64,000 nucleotides of DNA from Dehalococcoidia bacterium (GCA_965116325.1 OZ220675.1:246929-310928), one strand, 5' to 3'; shown: positions 28,999 to 38,082, numbered from the stretch's first letter. Numbers and translations: made by a program. Notes: generated from the letters alone by a model not told the origin.

Positions 28999-29802
28999 TC
29001 ATTCAACTTTACCCCGGATAGTGTGGCCCGTCGGTGCGATTCCGGCCGCCAGTCCGCCCCCGTCCAGAGTGATGACCTCGCCGTTCATGTAGTCAGAAGC
29101 TGCCGAGGCTAGGAACACAGCTATGGGACCGATATCCTCGGGCAACCCAAGCCGGCCCGTAGGGATAGTAGCCCCCGAAGAGGGTAGGACGCCTTCCATG
29201 GCTTCTACGCCTTCGGTGGGGATGAATCCCGGAACGATGGTGTTGGCTGTCACGCCATACCTTGCCAGGCTGATGGCCAGCGTGCGCGTTAGCTGGATCA
29301 TCCCGCCCTTGCTGCATGCGTAGGCGTATATGTCCCGGCCGCCGCGCATCCCGAAGCCGGAGGCTACGTTGATGATCTTGCCATGCCCCCGCTCGACCAT
29401 GTGGCGCGATACGGCCCGGGCACAGAAGAAGGCCCCGCTCAAGTTGACTTCGAGGCCGCTCCTCCATTCCTCATCGGAGATGTCCCAGATGGGCAGCTGG
29501 GCGTTCTCTGAGGTGCGGCCGGCGTTGTTCACCAGGACATCTATCTTGCCGAACTCCTCCAAGACCGCCGCCACCATATCATTGACCTGGGAGGAATCAC
29601 TCACATCGGTGGCTATAGCCATGGCCCTTCTCCCGTGGTTTCGCACCTCCTGGGCCGCCTTCTCCAAAGGCGCCAACCTGCGGGAGGCGATTGCAACGTC
29701 GGAACCCGCCCGGGCCAGCGCCCGCACCATGGCCAAGCCCAAGCCGGTCCCACCTCCGGTGACTATGGTTGTTTTTCCGTCCAGGCTCAAGCGGTCCAGC
29801 AT
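28999..29802 (-). CDS. SDR-family NAD(P)-dependent oxidoreductase (KduD/FabG-like)
   Basis: TGGGTGLG, NNAG, YACSK and PG motifs are intact. Confidence 0.92.
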   Translation of the reverse strand: MLDRLSLDGKTTIVTGGGTGLGLAMVRALARAGSDVAIASRRLAPLEKAAQEVRNHGRRAMAIATDVSDSSQVNDMVAAVLEEFGKIDVLVNNAGRTSENAQLPIWDISDEEWRSGLEVNLSGAFFCARAVSRHMVERGHGKIINVASGFGMRGGRDIYAYACSKGGMIQLTRTLAISLARYGVTANTIVPGFIPTEGVEAMEGVLPSSGATIPTGRLGLPEDIGPIAVFLASAASDYMNGEVITLDGGGLAAGIAPTGHTIRGKVE

Positions 29803-30632
29803 CAGGCTACCTCGGAGGTGGCAGGTCTTGCCAAAGTAACTTCACCCGCCGGCAAGATCCTGGTTTCGCCATTTTCCAACTTCAGCACCAGGTTCCCCAT
29901 TTCGTTGACGTCCTCGGCAAAGCCCCGGCAGATATCATCCTGCCAGGCTACCTCCACCTGCCGGCCCAGCGTGTCCAGACAGGATCGGTATTCATCGAGA
30001 ACCCTGGGAGCTTCCGGCTGGGAATCAGCATCAGTGGGGGCCGTTCTCACCAGCTCCAAGTACAGGGCATCCATCTCCTGCAAAAGGTTGCGCAGAATGG
30101 GCCCTCGCTGGACCTGCTCACCTGTTTCAATGGCAAGGCTGGTGGCGGTCTCGGATATCTCGGACATCTCCGATGGGTCCAGGGATACGTTGATGCCAAT
30201 CCCCGCGACAGCGTATTGCAACTGGCCGGCCAAGTACGATGGCTCGACCAGGATACCGCAAAGTTTCTTGCCTCCCACGAGGACGTCGTTGGGCCACTTC
30301 AGGCGGGCTTTCAACGAGGTTGCCTTGCCAACGGCCCGGACCACTGCCACTCCCATCAGCATGCTGATGTACCCGGCTGCGGCCCCTTGTGGCCTCAATA
30401 TGACCGACAGGGACAGGTTGCCCTCCGGGGACACCCATGGCCGGGAAAAGCGTCCGCGGGCAGCCCACTGCTCTTCGGCTACCACCACGGTCCCATCCTC
30501 AGCGCCCTTCTCAGCCAGGGCCGATGCTTCGTCCATGGTGGAAGATACACGCTCAAAGTGGAGGATGCGGCGGCCGATGGTCTGGGTGTAGATGCCTTCC
30601 TTTACCATGGAAGACAACCAGGAGCTGGACAC
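29802..30632 (-). CDS. birA: biotin-protein ligase without an N-terminal HTH (start possibly ATG 30608)
   Basis: SSTMD, RGR..R.W, KWPNDV, KKLCGIL and GIGIN motifs. Confidence 0.93.
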   Translation of the reverse strand: MSSSWLSSMVKEGIYTQTIGRRILHFERVSSTMDEASALAEKGAEDGTVVVAEEQWAARGRFSRPWVSPEGNLSLSVILRPQGAAAGYISMLMGVAVVRAVGKATSLKARLKWPNDVLVGGKKLCGILVEPSYLAGQLQYAVAGIGINVSLDPSEMSEISETATSLAIETGEQVQRGPILRNLLQEMDALYLELVRTAPTDADSQPEAPRVLDEYRSCLDTLGRQVEVAWQDDICRGFAEDVNEMGNLVLKLENGETRILPAGEVTLARPATSEVA

Positions 30633-30669
30633 AAAAACTCCAAATCCTCGGGAATGAACGTTAATCGCG

Positions 30670-31098
30670 GACCGAACAGGACTATAAGCCGGGTTCTGTA
30701 CGCAGGCGGTAACGTCTGCGTGGCGACCATCTATCTAGGTCCCCCGTTACCGAGGGACTCAAGCAGCCAACCCGGGAATGGGCCGGGCGCCCGTGGTTCC
30801 CCTATTCGGCCTTGCTCCAGGTGGGGTTTGGCCGCTGACCTGTCGCCAGTCCAGCCGGACGCTCTTACCGCCCGATTTCACCCTTACCGGTACCTTCGGC
30901 ATGCCTGAGAAAGGCTTGCTTTCTCGTTGGCTGACCGAGGGAATTGCCCGGCGGTGTGTTTCTGTGCCACTTTCCGTCATCCCTTCAGCTGCTAGAGCCG
31001 TCGGGATGCCTGGGCGTTACCCAGCACCCTGCCCGGAGGAGCCCGGACTTTCCTCTCCCCCAGTGAGTTGGGGCAGCGGTCGCCCGTCCTGCTCGATC
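30670..31098 (-). ncRNA. rnpB: RNase P RNA, bacterial type A
   Basis: GAGGAAAGUCCGGGCUC near the 5' end, ACAGAACCCGGCUUAU near the 3' end, and P1 pairing GAUCGAGCAGGAC / GUCCUGUUCGGUC. Confidence 0.96.
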
Positions 31099-31105
31099 CA
31101 AGGGA

Positions 31106-31134
31106 AATCTAGCACAGCGCCAGATGGGGGTCAA
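31106..31134 (-). promoter_or_regulatory. rnpB promoter
   Basis: TTGACC-N17-TAGATT with TG extension, about 7 nt upstream of the predicted RNA 5' end. Confidence 0.7.
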
Positions 31135-31151
31135 GGAAGGAGAACGGAGGG

Positions 31152-31853
31152 TCAGCTAACGAATAGGATACGACCGCAGCTGCTGCAGAGGACCGTCTCA
31201 CGGCCGCTTCGAGCGCGCTGAAGCTGGTGGGTCGGAAGGGCCATAAGGCAGCCCCGGCATAGCCCACGCTCCACCTTGGCGATAGCTTGACCGCCCTTGG
31301 CGGTACGCAGATGCTCGTACCGCTTGAGGTCGGCTGCTTGGATTGTGGATGCCATGCTTGCCCGCTGAGACTCGAGGATCTTGACCTTGTCCCCGAGCTG
31401 GGACATCTCTTCGGTTAGCTCCACCTGGTCAATCTGCCGCTGCTTCTGTGCTTCGGCCAGCTGTTGTTCCAGGGAGAGAATCCTGGACTGGAGAGATTCT
31501 ATGGACTCCATCTCCTCCAGCAGCTTTTCGTCCACCGCCTGGCTCTGCTCTTTCAAAGCCTCTGCTTCTTTGCCGATGGCCTCAAGCTCTCGCAGGTTCT
31601 TGATCGCCCCACCGTAGAGCTTGGTTTCCTCTTCCTGGAGCTTTTCCTGGATTCTCTGGTTGTGAGCATCCTGCTCGGCGTAGCTGGCCCTTAGCTCATC
31701 GAGAGATTCAGTCAAACTGATAATCTCGATTTCGAGATTGTCCAGATGGGACCTGTCATTCAGCTGGGACTCTATGGAGGCGATCCTGGAGCGGCCCTCG
31801 CTGAGCATCAGGTCTAGTTCTTGCAGGTCGTAGAGTTGCTTTGGGCTAGTCAT
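31152..31853 (-). CDS. coiled-coil protein with C-terminal C4 zinc ribbon (DUF164/CT398-like)
   Basis: LQELD start, long heptad repeats, and CRGC...CSSCGRIL. Confidence 0.88.
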   Translation of the reverse strand: MTSPKQLYDLQELDLMLSEGRSRIASIESQLNDRSHLDNLEIEIISLTESLDELRASYAEQDAHNQRIQEKLQEEETKLYGGAIKNLRELEAIGKEAEALKEQSQAVDEKLLEEMESIESLQSRILSLEQQLAEAQKQRQIDQVELTEEMSQLGDKVKILESQRASMASTIQAADLKRYEHLRTAKGGQAIAKVERGLCRGCLMALPTHQLQRARSGRETVLCSSCGRILFVS

Positions 31854-31903
31854 GGTGTGGTGAAGAGCTTGGTACTGAGGTTGACCCCGGTTTTCTCCGT
31901 TGG

Positions 31904-31932
31904 ATTTTAGGTACCGGCTTCTGTTGTGTCAA
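31904..31932 (-). promoter_or_regulatory. sigma70-type promoter for the Zn-ribbon gene
   Basis: TTGACA-N17-TAAAAT. Confidence 0.7.
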
Positions 31933-32115
31933 CGAGAATTGCATTCCCGGGCGCCGATGGTCCATCCAAAACGACACTTGTCCCGGATACGATTCGAAGG
32001 AAGAGGCTCGGGCTGGCTAAGGGCCCAGAAATCCTCTATCTTGGGGAAACTCACAGCTAGGGAGCCAAATATACCCTATGTTAGCATTGACCCCGGTTAG
32101 ACTTATTTACCATAT

Positions 32116-33120
32116 GTGATTGGAATTAACGTGAACGAAGCAATTGATTCTTTCTTGAACTATCTGGTAGTGGAGAAGGGATTCTCCAGAAACACCCAGG
32201 ATGCTTACAAGAACGACCTCAACCAGTTCGTCGACTACGCCCAAGGAGGCACCAACGGTTCAAACGGATCCAACGGTACCAACGGCTCGTGCCACAGCTG
32301 GAGGCAGGTCGACCTCAACCTTCTGACTGATTACGTTTCCAGCCTGAGAAAAAAGAAGGGCTACAGCGAAACTACAACAGCTCGGAAGGTGGCAACCCTC
32401 AAGTCATTCTTCAATTTCCTAGTGCAGGAAGAGGCCATCGAACAGGACCCATCGGAATTTCTGAGCATCCCCAAGGTTGGGCGCAATCTCCCCAAGTTTC
32501 TCACCGAGGAAGAGGTGCAGCGCCTGCTTCAACTTGCGGATGCCGGCACATCCCCCGAGGACTCCAGGGACAGGGCAATCCTGGAACTCCTTTATGCAAC
32601 AGGGCTCCGTGTTTCGGAGCTGATATCCCTGGATATCCATGATGTAAACATCAAGGACGGCTATGTTCGATGCTTCGGCAAGGGAGGCAAAGAGCGCATC
32701 GTCTACATCTATCCAAGGGCTGCCGAGGCGCTGAGCGCATACCTGGAGGGTGCCCGGCCTTCCCTCTTGTCCCACGGACACAACGGGAATCACCGGGGCA
32801 ACGGCAGCAGCCCTTCTTCCAACGGTGTGGACAAGCACGAGGAAAAGGCCCTGTTCCTGAACCGTCGTGGAGACAGGCTGACCCGGCAGTGGATATGGGT
32901 CATCCTGAAAAACTACGCCGAAAAGTCGGGGTTGAAGAAGACCTTGACTCCTCACACCCTGCGTCACAGCTTTGCCACTCATATGTTGAGAGGGGGAGCA
33001 TCACTGCGTCATGTCCAGGAACTCCTTGGACACTCCAGCATTACCACCACGCAGATATATACCCACCTCACTAACGAGCATGTACGCCGGGAGTTTGACC
33101 GTAGCCATCCCAGGTCGTAA
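32116..33120 (+). CDS. xerD: tyrosine recombinase XerD-type
   Basis: RDRAILELLYATGLRVSEL, GKGGKER, PHTLRHSFATH, VQELLGH and TTQIYTH; full R-K-H-R-H-Y catalytic set. Confidence 0.9.
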   Translation: MIGINVNEAIDSFLNYLVVEKGFSRNTQDAYKNDLNQFVDYAQGGTNGSNGSNGTNGSCHSWRQVDLNLLTDYVSSLRKKKGYSETTTARKVATLKSFFNFLVQEEAIEQDPSEFLSIPKVGRNLPKFLTEEEVQRLLQLADAGTSPEDSRDRAILELLYATGLRVSELISLDIHDVNIKDGYVRCFGKGGKERIVYIYPRAAEALSAYLEGARPSLLSHGHNGNHRGNGSSPSSNGVDKHEEKALFLNRRGDRLTRQWIWVILKNYAEKSGLKKTLTPHTLRHSFATHMLRGGASLRHVQELLGHSSITTTQIYTHLTNEHVRREFDRSHPRS

Positions 33121-33195
33121 TATCCAATAGGGCGTATTAGCGCACCCTATTGATGCCGTGCCTTCAATAGCGGCAGTTTGTAAGGAAGGCGCAAG

Positions 33196-33651
33196 ATCAG
33201 GATCGCTGTCGGTAGCGACGAACAGACTGTACTGACCGACTTTCTCGTCGAAGAGCTAAAGACGAGGAAGACGGAAGTGGTCGCCCACGGAGCCTTATCG
33301 CAGGGCGAGGACCCCAACTGGCCCGTCGTCGCCGGCCGCATTGCCCAGGAAGTAGCGGAAGGCAACTGTCAGCAGGGGATTCTCCTTTGTTGGACCGGCA
33401 CCGGTGTTAGCATTGCTGCCAACAAGATACCGGGGATCCGGGCCGCATTGTGCGTCGATGCCGAGACCGCCAGAGGCGCGCGCCTTTGGAACGATGCTAA
33501 TGTCCTTTGCATGAGCTTGCGTCTAACCTCTCCGCAGGTTGCAAGCGAGATATTGGACGCGTGGTTCAGTGTAGCCTCGCCTGAATCCGAGGAGCAGGGC
33601 AACATCGAAATGGTGCATCTACTGGACGGTCAACGGGTGTACCGTATCTAG
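33196..33651 (+). CDS. RpiB/LacA/LacB-family sugar-phosphate isomerase with an apparent ATC start codon
   Basis: [ATC]RIAVGSD..., CWTGTGVSIAANKIPGIRAALC and NDANVLCM. An in-frame TAA at 33181 excludes an upstream ATG. AAGGAAGG lies 6 nt before the ATC. Confidence 0.85.
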   Translation: MRIAVGSDEQTVLTDFLVEELKTRKTEVVAHGALSQGEDPNWPVVAGRIAQEVAEGNCQQGILLCWTGTGVSIAANKIPGIRAALCVDAETARGARLWNDANVLCMSLRLTSPQVASEILDAWFSVASPESEEQGNIEMVHLLDGQRVYRI

Positions 33652-33689
33652 TCTTCTATTGGCCAATGAAGAGGGGAGGAGAGTAGATC

Positions 33690-34016
33690 ATGCCCCAAAG
33701 AGGCAAAAGCAGGCGAACAGCCGCCCGTCAGACCCAGCTAGGCCAGCGTAAGCGAAGGCAGACCAGGGGACCTTCAGGCACCCCCGCCGCCTCGGAACCG
33801 AGACAGGCGCCCGAGTCCGTATCCGTTGGCGCAGAGAACGTAATCCCGGATGCGGTTTCCACACCGCAGCCTTCCCTCCAGAGGCAAAGCGCGCCTCAGC
33901 AGCGCGAGGCGCGTCCAGCCGTCTATGCCTACGTGGCGCCGGAACTACGGCGCATCCTGACTTTCTCAGGCGCCACAATTGCGATACTGGTCGCTCTAAC
34001 CTTCGTCCTGAGGTAG
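33690..34016 (+). CDS. small hypothetical protein, basic N-terminus and C-terminal TM helix
   Basis: GGAGGAG RBS; ends ILTFSGATIAILVALTFVLR; abuts uvrC. Confidence 0.75.
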   Translation: MPQRGKSRRTAARQTQLGQRKRRQTRGPSGTPAASEPRQAPESVSVGAENVIPDAVSTPQPSLQRQSAPQQREARPAVYAYVAPELRRILTFSGATIAILVALTFVLR

Positions 34017-34021
34017 TCTCG

Positions 34022-35917
34022 TTGGACCGCCGGGAGTTCGCCCATCGGCTGAGGATCACCCCAGGCAAGCCGGGCGTGTATCTACTGAAAGACTCCGCCC
34101 AGCAGGTCCTGTACGTGGGCAAGGCCAGCAACCTCAGGTCCCGGGTCAGTTCCTACTTCGGCTCTCCCCATGGCCTGAACCCCAAGATACAACGCTTGGT
34201 GGAACGGGTCGCAGACTACGAATTTATCGTCACCGACTCCGACGCCGAAGCCATCATCCTGGAATGCACCCTGATAAAGAAACATCGGCCTACCTATAAC
34301 GCTAGGCTGAAGGACGATAAGAGCTACCCGTACTTGAAGATCGACCTTACCGAGGAGTTTCCCCAGGTCTACATCACGCGCAGGGTGAGCGAGGATGGCG
34401 CACGTTACTTCGGGCCGTTTGCCACTGCCGGAAGCGTGCGGAAGACCCTGGACCTGCTAAAGAAGCTCTTCCCTTATCGCTCCTGTACAAAGCCGATAAC
34501 GGGGACCGATCCCAAGCCGTGCCTGGAGTACCACATCGACCGCTGCGTCGGTCCCTGCATCGGGGCTGTGGACAGGGAGGGATACCGTCGCGTCATAGAG
34601 CAGGTGATCCTGTTCATGGAAGGGAAGATCGAGGGTGTTGTGGATGAGCTCCACCTGAGGATGATCAGCGCGGCCGAAGTCCTGGAATTCGAACGAGCTG
34701 CCGTGCTCCGGGACCAGATACGGAATATCCAGAAGACCGCCGAGGAGCAGCGAATCAAGGTGGCCTCCAATGCAGTCCAGGATATGGATGCCATAGCGAT
34801 GGCCCAGGGACAGGACGAGAGCTGGATCGAGGTGTTTTTCGTACGGCAGGGCAAGCTTACAGGGCGGGACCACTTCATAATGGAAGGCACCCAGGACGAT
34901 GCCCCGGGGCATGTCCTGGCCGAGTTCATCAAGCAGTTCTACCAGTCCGCCTCCTTCCTTCCAAGGCGAATAATTGTGCAGCACACCCTGGAAGATGAGG
35001 CGCTGATCCAGTCCTGGCTGAGGGAGAAGAAGGGCCGCGCTGTCGTGCTAGCCAGGCCGCAGCGAGGCGACCAACATCGACTCATCAGGATGGTTGCCGA
35101 AAACGCATCCCAGGGGCTTACCCAAAGGCGGGCCAAATGGCTGGCCGACACCGATGCCGTTCAGCAGGCAATGCTGGAGCTGCAGGAAGAGCTCAACCTG
35201 CCAAGCATGCCTCGCCGTATAGAGTGCTATGACATATCCAATATCCAGGGCACCAACTCCGTAGCGAGCATGGTTACCTTCCAGGATGGTTTTCCCAAGT
35301 CCTCCCACTATCGCACCTTCAGGATCAAGGATGTGGCGGGAATAGACGACTACTCCAGCATGCAGGAAGTGCTGCGCCGGCGCTTCCAGAAATTGGCGGC
35401 GGTGCGGGGAAAGGGCCAGGTACTGGAGGACCCCGAGTCGCTGGCTCTCGAGGAGTCCCCACCAAAAAGGGCGCAAGAGGCCACCTGGAACATCGTACCG
35501 GACTTGGTATTGATCGACGGCGGCAAAGGGCACCTCTCGGCCTCCCTGGAGGTGTTTCTGGAGCTTGGTATCGACTTCATCCCCCTGGCCTCACTGGCTA
35601 AGGAGAACGAGTGGATCTTCGTGCCTCAAACCCCGGAACCCATTGTGCTGGCGCCCAACTCCCAGGGGCTATACCTGGTGCAGAGGGTCAGAGACGAGGC
35701 CCATCGATTCGCGATTACCTACCATCGCAAGTTACGCAGCAAGGGCAGCGTAGCTTCGGCCGTTGACTATGTGTCCGGCATTGGCCCAAAGCGAAAGCGA
35801 ATGCTCTTGCGCAGGTTCGGTTCGTTGAAAGCGATCAAGGAAGCGGGGATCGAGGACCTTACGGCGGTACCTGGAATTACCCGGTCGCTGGCCTTGCGCC
35901 TCAAAGAGCAGCTGTAG
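34022..35917 (+). CDS. uvrC: excinuclease ABC subunit C
   Basis: GIY-YIG-like GVY..YVGKA, UVR domain, ECYDIS, LIDGGKG, RDEAHRFA and C-terminal HhH motifs. Confidence 0.97.
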   Translation: MDRREFAHRLRITPGKPGVYLLKDSAQQVLYVGKASNLRSRVSSYFGSPHGLNPKIQRLVERVADYEFIVTDSDAEAIILECTLIKKHRPTYNARLKDDKSYPYLKIDLTEEFPQVYITRRVSEDGARYFGPFATAGSVRKTLDLLKKLFPYRSCTKPITGTDPKPCLEYHIDRCVGPCIGAVDREGYRRVIEQVILFMEGKIEGVVDELHLRMISAAEVLEFERAAVLRDQIRNIQKTAEEQRIKVASNAVQDMDAIAMAQGQDESWIEVFFVRQGKLTGRDHFIMEGTQDDAPGHVLAEFIKQFYQSASFLPRRIIVQHTLEDEALIQSWLREKKGRAVVLARPQRGDQHRLIRMVAENASQGLTQRRAKWLADTDAVQQAMLELQEELNLPSMPRRIECYDISNIQGTNSVASMVTFQDGFPKSSHYRTFRIKDVAGIDDYSSMQEVLRRRFQKLAAVRGKGQVLEDPESLALEESPPKRAQEATWNIVPDLVLIDGGKGHLSASLEVFLELGIDFIPLASLAKENEWIFVPQTPEPIVLAPNSQGLYLVQRVRDEAHRFAITYHRKLRSKGSVASAVDYVSGIGPKRKRMLLRRFGSLKAIKEAGIEDLTAVPGITRSLALRLKEQL

Positions 35918-35924
35918 CTCTAAT

Positions 35925-36013
35925 GGTTCGGGACAGTGCATTCTTTTCCCTTTTTACATTGAATTGTTATGGCAACTACTAGAATTATTATGGTAACTGC
36001 ACTATTCTGAACC
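35925..36013. repeat. 16-bp imperfect inverted repeat enclosing two 17-bp direct repeats
   Basis: GGTTCGGGACAGTGCA ... TGCACTATTCTGAACC (13/16). GAATTGTTATGGCAACT (35961) and GAATTATTATGGTAACT (35982) match at 15/17 with a 21-bp period. Confidence 0.6.
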
Positions 36014-36039
36014 TAGCCCCTGCGGAGTAGATATCTGCC

Positions 36040-36609
36040 TTGTTGAAGATTTCCATTACCCTGCCCAGTGGCGCAGAGATAATCTGCGAAGCCAGCGAGC
36101 CATCTCTCTGCAATAAAATGCTGGATATGGTGCTCAAGGACCTGCCCGGGGGCTTGATGAGCAACGGGCAGAAAGACCACCACGCTACGTCAGTGACATC
36201 AGTAACAGTAGATGGAAATGCCGACTCTCTCTCGGATCTCTCCGGCGTCCAGCCCGAGCATTCCAACGGGGTGTCGGCGAGCGACGCCGAGTCGAAGGTC
36301 CCGTCCAGTCCCTCTGAATCTGAGTTCGCCGAGTACTGCCGCAGCGTTGCTCCGGTAGGTGATATGCGCCGGGTTGTATTGGCGGCGTGGGCGGCCAACC
36401 ATTTCCTCGGAACCAGCAGCATATCCGACAACGAGCTGTCTAATCTCTTTCATCTAGTAGGGTGGCGGAAACCCGAGAGCTTCATCCAGACCCTGCGGAA
36501 TGCCGCCCGCAGCAAGTTCCGATGGATGGAGCGGATTCCTGGGAGGTCCGGCTACTATTGCGCTACGGATGCGGGAATCCGCGCCGTGGTGCCAACCCAG
36601 GACTTGTAG
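36040..36609 (+). CDS. hypothetical protein with possible C-terminal winged-helix domain
   Basis: 189-aa ORF with a low-complexity linker and a helical C-domain ending GYYCATDAG. Confidence 0.7.
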   Translation: MLKISITLPSGAEIICEASEPSLCNKMLDMVLKDLPGGLMSNGQKDHHATSVTSVTVDGNADSLSDLSGVQPEHSNGVSASDAESKVPSSPSESEFAEYCRSVAPVGDMRRVVLAAWAANHFLGTSSISDNELSNLFHLVGWRKPESFIQTLRNAARSKFRWMERIPGRSGYYCATDAGIRAVVPTQDL

Positions 36610-36733
36610 CCGAATACCTCTTCGAAAGAGGGCTCGTCAGCTACCCGGATCAGCTTGCTCAGCTCGTGCCTTCCTTCGGCTAAGTCACGCTGCCAGGACG
36701 TTGGAGGACGGCTTCGCACGTCGCCGGCGAAAC

Positions 36734-37891
36734 TCACCACTGGACGAACATGGGCATAACCACGTGCACGTAACGGTCAGAAGTGGTGGACTTGAAGACC
36801 CCCGGGCTCGATGATGTGGTTGTTTCCAGGGCTACCTCACCACGTTCGAAGGCGTTCAACACGTCCAACAAGTACTTGTTATTGAAAGCGATCTTAGACT
36901 CTTCGCCTTCAATGGACGTGTTGATTTCATCCTGGTTCTCCCCCATCTCCTCCGCCCTGGCTGAGATGCGCACCTTGCCTTCCGACGGACCGGACTCCGC
37001 CACAGCCGAATCCCCGCCTTCCGGCATTATTTCGAGGCGCACTATGCCGTTGCCATCCCTGGCAAAAATAGAGGCTCCCCTGGCTGCCCTGGAGAACTCC
37101 TGGAGGTCGAAAATTGTCCTTGTCTGGTACGATTGGGGAATCAGCTGGGAGTAGTTGGGAAAGGTCCCCTGGATAAGCTGGGATACGATCTCAATGTTCT
37201 CCAGCCGGAACAGGGCTTGGCCTCGGCTGGGGGTCATCACCATCTCTACGACGCCGTCCTGCTCTCCGAGCAGCCTTGCGATCTCGTTGAGGGTCCTGTG
37301 GGGAAGAATAATGCTCACTGGCTCTGATACCGCTTCGGCCAGGTCGCCCTTGTAAACAGCTAGGCGGAACCCGTCGGCCGCCGCCATGGTGAACTGGTTT
37401 TCTTCCAATTCCAGCTTCACCCCCGTCAGGACGGGACGTGATTCCTCAGTTGCGGCCGCAAATACCACCTGGCTTATGGCGGTCCGCAGCGCCCCGGGCT
37501 CTATCTTGGCGGTGAACTCTTCATCGACGGTCGGAATCGGCGGGAAGTCGGTAGCTTCAGTGCCGTTGATGCTGGCCTCCGAGCGGGCACACTTCATGTT
37601 CAGGACCTTGGCTTCCTGGGCAATCTCCATGTCTATAGATTGATCGGGGAGGTGCCCGACGAACTCCGTCAGCAGCCTAGCTGGCACCGTAATTGCGCCT
37701 TCCTCTTCCACCATCGCACCGACCCAGGTGGTTATGGCGATCTCCAGGTTGGTGGCCGAGAGCTTCAGCATCGACCGGTCCGTCGAAAGAAGCACGTTCT
37801 GCGTTATCGGAAGGGTCGTCCGGGAAGCTACTGCCCGGCCAACGACGCCCAGCCCTTTGTTAAGGTTTTCCTGAAGGCACGAAAGTTTCAT
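36734..37891 (-). CDS. dnaN: DNA polymerase III beta sliding clamp
   Basis: ATNLEI, RPVLTG, AADGFRL, GTFPNY, FNNKY and VVMPM motifs. Confidence 0.97.
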   Translation of the reverse strand: MKLSCLQENLNKGLGVVGRAVASRTTLPITQNVLLSTDRSMLKLSATNLEIAITTWVGAMVEEEGAITVPARLLTEFVGHLPDQSIDMEIAQEAKVLNMKCARSEASINGTEATDFPPIPTVDEEFTAKIEPGALRTAISQVVFAAATEESRPVLTGVKLELEENQFTMAAADGFRLAVYKGDLAEAVSEPVSIILPHRTLNEIARLLGEQDGVVEMVMTPSRGQALFRLENIEIVSQLIQGTFPNYSQLIPQSYQTRTIFDLQEFSRAARGASIFARDGNGIVRLEIMPEGGDSAVAESGPSEGKVRISARAEEMGENQDEINTSIEGEESKIAFNNKYLLDVLNAFERGEVALETTTSSSPGVFKSTTSDRYVHVVMPMFVQW

Positions 37892-37919
37892 TTCCCCCCA
37901 CTCCCCTAAAGTGTGCCGT

Positions 37920-37949
37920 AGTATATGTTGACCACTTTATGTCGTCAAC
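37920..37949 (-). promoter_or_regulatory. dnaN promoter with overlapping palindrome
   Basis: TTGACG-N17-TATACT; GTTGAC-N11-GTCAAC at 37927-37949. Confidence 0.65.
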
Positions 37950-38062
37950 GTTCTCCGCACATATAACCAGGCGGGGGTGAAATGGCTGCAAACATGCGTC
38001 GGGGAATAGAGAAACAACCGATGGTTGGATATGCGATGTGCCGGTCCGGGGCCAGAAAAGCG

Positions 38063-38082
38063 ATTGGCCCCGAAGGGCCAAT
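38063..38082 (-). terminator. hairpin with UUCG loop, probable terminator of the small HTH gene
   Basis: ATTGGCCC-TTCG-GGGCCAAT followed by CGCTTTTCT on the minus strand. Confidence 0.55.

Noticed and set aside
32116-33120. Tyrosine recombinase as a prophage or island integrase
   Set aside because: XerD-type signatures, housekeeping neighbours, and no att repeats or phage genes.
33652-34021. LexA (GAAC-N4-GTTC) box upstream of uvrC
   Set aside because: No convincing match found by eye.
36555-36740. 61-aa ORF overlapping the dnaN stop
   Set aside because: No RBS or motif support, and it overlaps the 3' end of the convergent gene.
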